Below, one piece after another: positions 58,257-64,000 of a stretch of DNA of 64,000 nt. The stretch's first letter is position 1; each line of letters begins with the position of its first letter. The notes beneath the pieces are model-generated. The model saw nothing but the letters and a program-made list of their open reading frames with translations, was not told where the DNA came from and made no database searches. Source of the stretch: Candidatus Binatia bacterium (GTDB lineage Bacteria; Desulfobacterota; Binatia; HRBIN30); NCBI GenBank assembly GCA_038245295.1, contig JBBRSP010000027.1:1-64000 (forward strand). The letters run 5' to 3'. The position numbers were made by a program, and so were the translations under genes.

Positions 58257-59047
58257 CGGCGGGACGGCGCAGCGCGGTTGTGGTCGCGACCCTCGTCGTG
58301 TGCGCCCGCATCGCCGTCGGCGACGACGCCAAATCGGTCCTCGACCATCTGCGTCACTTGATCCAGACGACGCGCAAGTGGAACGATCGCACACAGGAAC
58401 TGAGGCTACGTATCGTCGATAACCGTGGCGGCGAGCGCACCCGTGAAGTGACGATTCGCACCAAGAAGTTCGAAGGCGACAAGACGCGCACCCTGTTGCG
58501 CTTCGAGGCTCCGTCGGACGTCAAGGGCGTGGCCATGCTGCAATGGGCGGACCCCAAGGGGGCCGACTCGCAATGGCTCTACTTGCCGGAGTTGCGCAAG
58601 GTCCGTCAGGTCGCCGGCGGCGCCAAACGCCAGAGTTTCGTCGGCACTGACTTTAGCTACGAGGATCTAGCCATCATCACTCAGTTCCAGGACTGGACGG
58701 ACAGCGAAGCCCGCGCCACGCTGCTGCGGCACGAACCACTCAACGGCGACACGGCGCAGGTCCTGGAGTTTGTTCCAACGGGCAAGGATCTGGCATACGC
58801 CAAAATCCTCGTGTGGCTTGCCGGCAACGATCTGCTGGCGGCTCGCTTCGAGTTCTACGACCCGTCGGGTGAGTTGAAGAAGCGCTTGTCGCAGACGGAG
58901 TGGCGTCCGGTCGGAACAATCGCCACCGCCTTTCACATGGAGCTGGAGAACATCCAGGGGAACAGCAGGACCGTCGCCGACTTCTCCAAGGTGACCTATG
59001 ACTCAGGCCTGGCCGACGAGGTCTTCACCCAGCGCTCGTTGGAGTAA
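58253..59047 (+). CDS. LolA-like outer-membrane lipoprotein-sorting protein
   Basis: Signal peptide, RFEAPSDVKG, QWLYLPELRKVR, SFVGTDFSYEDL and FTQRSL. Confidence 0.88.
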   Translation: MTAGRRSAVVVATLVVCARIAVGDDAKSVLDHLRHLIQTTRKWNDRTQELRLRIVDNRGGERTREVTIRTKKFEGDKTRTLLRFEAPSDVKGVAMLQWADPKGADSQWLYLPELRKVRQVAGGAKRQSFVGTDFSYEDLAIITQFQDWTDSEARATLLRHEPLNGDTAQVLEFVPTGKDLAYAKILVWLAGNDLLAARFEFYDPSGELKKRLSQTEWRPVGTIATAFHMELENIQGNSRTVADFSKVTYDSGLADEVFTQRSLE

Positions 59048-59213
59048 GCCGCGCGCGGTAGAGCACCGGGGCCGCCCAGCGCCGGCTGAAGATCAGGTGA
59101 CCACATTCAGGACAGAAGCGTGGCATCAGGAGACCTTGCGATGACGGCACAGCCAGCAAACAAGTGCGATGCAGGTGATCGCAACGAGAACAGCTGACTG
59201 TAGGTTGCGCGCC

Positions 59214-60404
59214 TCAGCCGCGCGGCAACCCCAACACGCGCTGCGCAATGATGTTGCGTTGCACCTCCGACGTGCCGGCGTAGATCGTCGCCGACCGCGA
59301 CCACAGGAGCTCGTATTCCCAGAAGCCACCGTCGGCCGCGTACGGTTCGCCCGCCGGAATCAGGCCGCGGTTGCCGAGGATCTCGATCGCCGTGTCCTTG
59401 AGGCGCTGCTCGAGCTCGCTCCAGAAAATCTTGAGGATCGAGCCTTCCTCGCCGGGGACGCCGGTGCGCGACATCTTGGTGACGTTACGATACGCGGTGT
59501 AGCGCAAGATGGCGGCTTCGATGAGCGACTGCGCCACCTTCTGGCGGATGATCGGATCGTCTGCAGCGCTACGGCCGTTGCGTGGCGTGTCGATCGCCAG
59601 ACGCGCCAGGCGACGGCTTTCAGCGGCCAGCCGGACATGCGGCGTCGTGCCGGCGCGTTCGTGGCCGAGTGTGGTCATGACCACATCCCAGCCGCCGTTG
59701 ATGGCGCCGACGGCGTTGGCGCGCGGCACGCGCACCTCGTCGAAGAAGACTTCGTTGAACCACTCCTCGCCGGTCATTTCCTTGAGCGGCCGAATCGTGA
59801 TGCCCGGCGACTTCATGTCGACAAGCAGAAAGGTGAGGCCCTTATGCTTCGGACCTTCGAAGTTGGTGCGGGTCACCAGCATGCACCAGTCGGCGTATCG
59901 TGCCACGCTGGTCCAGATCTTCTGCCCGGTCACGATGAACTCGTCACCGACCAGCTCCGCCTTACACTTCACCGAGGCGAGATCCGATCCGGCATTCGGC
60001 TCCGAGAATCCCTGGCACCAGATCTCTTCGCCCTTCAGGATCTTGTCGAGATGCTCCGCCTTTTGTTCCGGGGTCCCGCAGGCGATCAGCGTCGGGCCGA
60101 CGAGACTGAGGCCGATCTTGAGCGCCAGGATGTCGGGAGCGCTGAACTGCGCGTAGGCCTCGTTGTAGATCAGCTGCTCGATGATGCTGAAACCGCGGCC
60201 GCCATACTCCTTCGGCCAGATGATGCCGGCCCAGCCGCCGTCGTAGAGAGCACGTTGCCACTTTCGCGCGAACGCCACCTGCTCGGCCGGCGTCTTCGGC
60301 GGCTGATACGCCGGGGTGCCCCAGCCGGTCGGCAGATTGGCGCGCAGCCAGTCTAGGATGGTACTGCGGAACGACTTTTGGTCGCCGGTGAGCTCTAGGT
60401 CCAT
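59214..60404 (-). CDS. Acyl-CoA dehydrogenase (actinobacterial FadE-type)
   Basis: WCQGFSEPNAGSDLAS, GQKIWTS, FNEVFFD, TTLGHER and IYAGTSEVQRNII. Confidence 0.95.
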   Translation of the reverse strand: MDLELTGDQKSFRSTILDWLRANLPTGWGTPAYQPPKTPAEQVAFARKWQRALYDGGWAGIIWPKEYGGRGFSIIEQLIYNEAYAQFSAPDILALKIGLSLVGPTLIACGTPEQKAEHLDKILKGEEIWCQGFSEPNAGSDLASVKCKAELVGDEFIVTGQKIWTSVARYADWCMLVTRTNFEGPKHKGLTFLLVDMKSPGITIRPLKEMTGEEWFNEVFFDEVRVPRANAVGAINGGWDVVMTTLGHERAGTTPHVRLAAESRRLARLAIDTPRNGRSAADDPIIRQKVAQSLIEAAILRYTAYRNVTKMSRTGVPGEEGSILKIFWSELEQRLKDTAIEILGNRGLIPAGEPYAADGGFWEYELLWSRSATIYAGTSEVQRNIIAQRVLGLPRG

Positions 60405-60480
60405 GAAATCTCCGATATTGCGCCGCTGAGCATGGTGTGTGTCCGTCTCGTTTAGGATAGGGCAATGCCGGCCATAGTCG

Positions 60481-61662
60481 CTACGCCGAAGGCCGAACGA
60501 GGACCCGGTAGTCTGTCAACGTCACGAAGCCCATGCGCTCGTAAACCGGCCGGCCCATCGGTGATGCTTGTAGGTTGGCAAAGGCGGCGCCGCGGCGGAA
60601 GCCTTCACGCACCGCCGCCCAGGTCGCTGCTTCGGCATAGGCGCGGCCACGCTGATCGGGCAGGGTGCCGACCCAGCCGATGCCGGCAACGCCGTGCGAT
60701 AGATACAACCAGGCCGCGCTGACCGGTTTGTTGTCGACGTACCCGACGAAACCTTGAATGTGGGGCGCGCTGACACTCTCGAGGCGCGCGAAAATATCGT
60801 CCATCATCACGCGCGGTGAGCCGTACGTCGCGTAGGCTTCGGCGCTCACATACGCGTAGTCTCGACGTCCCTGATCGTCGATCGCCGGTCGAAGTTCGAG
60901 ATCCGCCGGCGCACACTCGGTGCCGGGATCGCCGAGCAAGGCCATGCCCGGCATCGTCGTCAAATCCATCCAGCCACGCTCGCGCAGCCAGCCTTCGACC
61001 TCCGAGTCCGCGTGCGCGCGGGTGCAGACGGAATAGTGCTTCATCCGCCCAGCGTAAAACTCTTCCGCCTCCGCCAGCAGCGCGGACGGATCAACCGGGC
61101 CATTCACCATGACCATGTTGTTGAACGCGCCGCCGCGCGGCGTCAGGCCCATCCACGCCGATTCGCTCTCGCGCAGCAGCGAGCCGCGCCCGAGGTGAAT
61201 GATCTCGCGGTACATCTCCTGGCAGTTGAGGTCCATCGCCCGAAGTTGCGCCTCGCGGTCACCGGGGACGCCAAAGGATCGTGCCACGAGCTGTGTATCG
61301 AGGTACTCGGTTGCCGAGCTGACGACGCCGCCGTCGAAACGGAAGACGAAGCAATAGACGTTGTTATATGGGGCGCCGGAGCGCAACGACGAGATGCCGC
61401 GGGCTTGAACGACGACGTAGTCGCCGGACGCGATAATATTGTCGGCATGCAGCGCCAGCGGGGTGGCCAAGGCCACACCGAGGCGAGCCGGGACGTTTGA
61501 CAGGAAGCTGTCTTTGCCACGGAACGTTCCCGAGAACGTTGTGTCGCCAATGACGCGATACGTCACATCGTTCGAAAGGATGGCGAGGAACGGACCAGGG
61601 TTGCCCTGGGCCATCTCGGAAAACGCGGTACGGATTGCCTCGGCGCGCTCGTCTGTCGTCAT
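60481..61662 (-). CDS. SnoaL/NTF2-like domain fused to GNAT acetyltransferase
   Basis: N-terminal SGTFRGK..GDYVVVQARG..YNNVYCFVFRF..EYLDT. C-terminal VGTLPDQRGRAYA..LQASPMGRPVYERMGF. Confidence 0.87.
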   Translation of the reverse strand: MTTDERAEAIRTAFSEMAQGNPGPFLAILSNDVTYRVIGDTTFSGTFRGKDSFLSNVPARLGVALATPLALHADNIIASGDYVVVQARGISSLRSGAPYNNVYCFVFRFDGGVVSSATEYLDTQLVARSFGVPGDREAQLRAMDLNCQEMYREIIHLGRGSLLRESESAWMGLTPRGGAFNNMVMVNGPVDPSALLAEAEEFYAGRMKHYSVCTRAHADSEVEGWLRERGWMDLTTMPGMALLGDPGTECAPADLELRPAIDDQGRRDYAYVSAEAYATYGSPRVMMDDIFARLESVSAPHIQGFVGYVDNKPVSAAWLYLSHGVAGIGWVGTLPDQRGRAYAEAATWAAVREGFRRGAAFANLQASPMGRPVYERMGFVTLTDYRVLVRPSA

Positions 61663-62408
61663 GCGACTTCGAGTACCACACCGCCGCCGCGACACCCACA
61701 CCCACGCATGCGGACGGCCCGGAAAGATGTGGCATAGCGGATCTCGGGTTGTCTCCGGCTGACCACCAGATGGCCGTCGATCACCTCGGCGCCGAGGTTC
61801 TGATCCACGTGATAGAAACCATCGGCACAGCTTGCCGCGATGAAACTGGCGACCTCCGCCGCCGCCAACCACGCGCGTTGCCAGCCGCGGAATTGCAACG
61901 ACGCGGGGACGGGTGGTTGGGGGACCGGAATCGTATCGCTCCGCAACCACAGAATTCCGGTGAGCCACGGACGCTCGGCCACGGGCGCAGCGTTGAGAAA
62001 GCGCTCACCGGTTCGCGGATCGAGGATGAGGACATGGGTCTCGACACGGTCGACCAACTCCCACGCCGCGTTCGCCGCCGCGTCCGTGTCTGGCGTCCCC
62101 AGGGGTACGTCAAGCGCCCCGCAGTCTTCGATGACATCTCCCAGCAGCAACGACCCGGGCGAAGCCAAGGCGCCCGGCATAGTGTTGGCGACGCGCATCC
62201 CGGCTTTGATGCCGGCGCGGCGCAATACTCGCGCTCCCTCGGCGCGCTCGCGTTGGAGATCTTCCTCTGTCCATGTGAGCAAGACGAGAGAATCGCCGCT
62301 ACCCGTAATCCCGGCACGCACCAGGGGTGCGGCGTCGAGGGGCTGGGGCATCGGTCGCCGCGCCACCAACTGCGGCCGCGTCGTCAGTCCGCTGGGTGTA
62401 ACCGGCAT
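61659..62408 (-). CDS. Short, degenerate phenylacetate-CoA-ligase (PaaK)-like protein
   Basis: TWTEEDL..ARVLRRAGIKAGMRVAN..GALDVPLG and IRYAT..CGCRG resemble PaaK. The protein is only 249 aa and the P-loop is degenerate. Confidence 0.6.
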   Translation of the reverse strand: MPVTPSGLTTRPQLVARRPMPQPLDAAPLVRAGITGSGDSLVLLTWTEEDLQRERAEGARVLRRAGIKAGMRVANTMPGALASPGSLLLGDVIEDCGALDVPLGTPDTDAAANAAWELVDRVETHVLILDPRTGERFLNAAPVAERPWLTGILWLRSDTIPVPQPPVPASLQFRGWQRAWLAAAEVASFIAASCADGFYHVDQNLGAEVIDGHLVVSRRQPEIRYATSFRAVRMRGCGCRGGGVVLEVA

Positions 62409-62411
62409 GGC

Positions 62412-63560
62412 TCAATCGCGTTGTAGGATATGGATGACGCAAACGCTGCCGCCACCCATCATGTGACACAGGCCGATCTTGGCGTCCTTGACCTGGCGCT
62501 TGCCGGCTTCGCCGCGCAACTGCAGCGTCGTCTCCCAGATCTGCGCCAGACCCGTCGGGCCACCGGGATGACCGCGGGCGATCAGGCCACCATCGGTCGA
62601 GACGGCCACACGTCCGTTGAGATCGAACTCATTGTTGTCGATGCACTTCTCGGCCTCGCCGGGCTTACACAATCCAAGCAGCTCGTAGTACTCGATCTCC
62701 TCGATGGCGAACGCGTCGTGCACCTGGACCAGATCGAGATCTTCCGGGCCGACGCTGGCTTCCTCGTAGACGTTCTTCGAGGTGTCGATGGTCATCTGCG
62801 CCGGTCCAACGACCGGGCCCATGAACAGATGGCCGGGCGCGTACTTCTCGCTCTGCAGATCGGACGCCGTGACGCGCACGACCGGACGACCGGGGTTGAG
62901 CTTCTTCGCGAGATCGGCGCGGCCAACGATGGCGCAAGCGGCGCCGTCGCCCATCGGGCACGACATCATCGTCGTCAGCGGCCATGCCACCGGGCGCGAC
63001 GACATGACCTTCTCGTAGGTGATCAACTTGTCGGAGATGCGCTGCGCCTTCGGGTTGAGGGCGCCGTTGTTGAAGTTTTTGGCGGCGACCTTGGCGAGGT
63101 GTTCGACCTTCATGCCGCGTTCGTGCATGCGGCGTGTCGCCCACAGCGCGAAGAAGCCGGCCGGCAGGATGGCGTCTTCCATATTCTCCGGCGCCGTGCC
63201 GGCCGTGCTGGTCTGGATCATCGTCGTCATCTTGTCGAAACCGAGGACCATGACGACGTCGTAACGACCCGAGGCCACCTGCATGCAGGCCTCGCGGAAG
63301 GCCGCCGAGCCGGTGGCCGAGGCGTTCTCGATACGTTGCACCGGCAAACCGGTGAGCCCGAACTCTTTCATGACTCGCACCCCGGCCATAACCGGGGCGA
63401 AGATATGGCCGACGTAGGCGGCCTGCACATCACGGAAGGACAGGCCGGCGTCCTTCAACGCTTCCATGCCGGCTTCGCGCGCCATCACATTGTTGGCTCC
63501 GCCGTCGTAATACATCCCGAAGCGATGCATCCCGACGCCGAGAACAGCGACATCCCGCAT
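62412..63560 (-). CDS. SCP2/lipid-transfer-type thiolase-fold protein
   Basis: VAVLGVGMHRFG, ENASATGS, GDGAAC, VHDAF and GHPGGPTG. Confidence 0.92.
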   Translation of the reverse strand: MRDVAVLGVGMHRFGMYYDGGANNVMAREAGMEALKDAGLSFRDVQAAYVGHIFAPVMAGVRVMKEFGLTGLPVQRIENASATGSAAFREACMQVASGRYDVVMVLGFDKMTTMIQTSTAGTAPENMEDAILPAGFFALWATRRMHERGMKVEHLAKVAAKNFNNGALNPKAQRISDKLITYEKVMSSRPVAWPLTTMMSCPMGDGAACAIVGRADLAKKLNPGRPVVRVTASDLQSEKYAPGHLFMGPVVGPAQMTIDTSKNVYEEASVGPEDLDLVQVHDAFAIEEIEYYELLGLCKPGEAEKCIDNNEFDLNGRVAVSTDGGLIARGHPGGPTGLAQIWETTLQLRGEAGKRQVKDAKIGLCHMMGGGSVCVIHILQRD

Positions 63561-63562
63561 GA

Positions 63563-64000
63563 TCAGCCCTCCACCGGACGGAAGCGCACGATCACGACAT
63601 CGCTTCCGGCTTCTTCCCGCATCACATCGAGCTCGGCTTCCATTGTCTGGCCGATCTTGAAATCACCCTGCTTGCCGGCGAGCGGCAGTTGCACGCGCGG
63701 GCCCTGGGTCAAATCGACCTGGCCAACGCCATACCCCTCGGCGTGCTCCATGTTGCTCGAGCCGAACAGCGGCAGGTGCACGAAGGTGTAACTGTAGAGG
63801 GTGCCGCGCGGACCTAGATCGGCGTCGACGACGTCCTCCGACAGGCAGCTCGCCTTGGCGCAAATCGCCCGCTTCGGGAAATAGTGCTCGCCGCATGTGT
63901 TGCACTTGCTGCCAAGCAACCGGGGCGGTTCCTTGGGGTCTTCGGGGATTGTGAAGTACCCGGCCTTCAGCGGCACGCGCGGCCGCGACTGCGTTGTCAT
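63563..64000 (-). CDS. DUF35 Zn-ribbon/OB-fold protein
   Basis: LLGSKCNTCGEHYFPKRAIC..C and GTLYSYT. The ATG sits at the window edge. Confidence 0.92.
   Translation of the reverse strand: MTTQSRPRVPLKAGYFTIPEDPKEPPRLLGSKCNTCGEHYFPKRAICAKASCLSEDVVDADLGPRGTLYSYTFVHLPLFGSSNMEHAEGYGVGQVDLTQGPRVQLPLAGKQGDFKIGQTMEAELDVMREEAGSDVVIVRFRPVEG

Overview
This is a GC-rich (roughly 65% by eye) chromosomal window of about 50 genes from a diderm bacterium (OmpA and a LolA-like protein are present). The gene style suggests a Binatota- or deltaproteobacteria-like lineage, which is my inference. At the left edge, the left end of an IS1380-family element has inserted into and decapitated a REP-associated tyrosine transposase (RAYT), which is followed by three copies of a non-GTAG REP-like palindrome. 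The rest is mostly lipid/CoA metabolism and DNA or nucleotide housekeeping. Lipid genes include a tandem CoA-transferase III, lipase plus foldase, Tat phosphoesterase, amidase, PlsB, WS/DGAT, a PgsA-like enzyme, an acyl-CoA dehydrogenase and a thiolase-like/DUF35 operon. Housekeeping genes include pcrA, recQ, dinB, guaB-guaA-dnaE-hflX and ilvE. Intergenic spacers carry several families of small palindromic or short-period repeats. The best leads are: NrdR-box-like operators upstream of guaBA-dnaE; the IS-disrupted RAYT/REP module; gene-less 6- and 8-bp-period inverted repeat arrays; a thiolase-like operon lacking its catalytic cysteines; a TrpF-like protein lacking its catalytic Cys; and a histidine kinase with an AraC-type input domain. 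I saw no rRNA, tRNA or CRISPR array. All family assignments come from motif recognition, not database searches.
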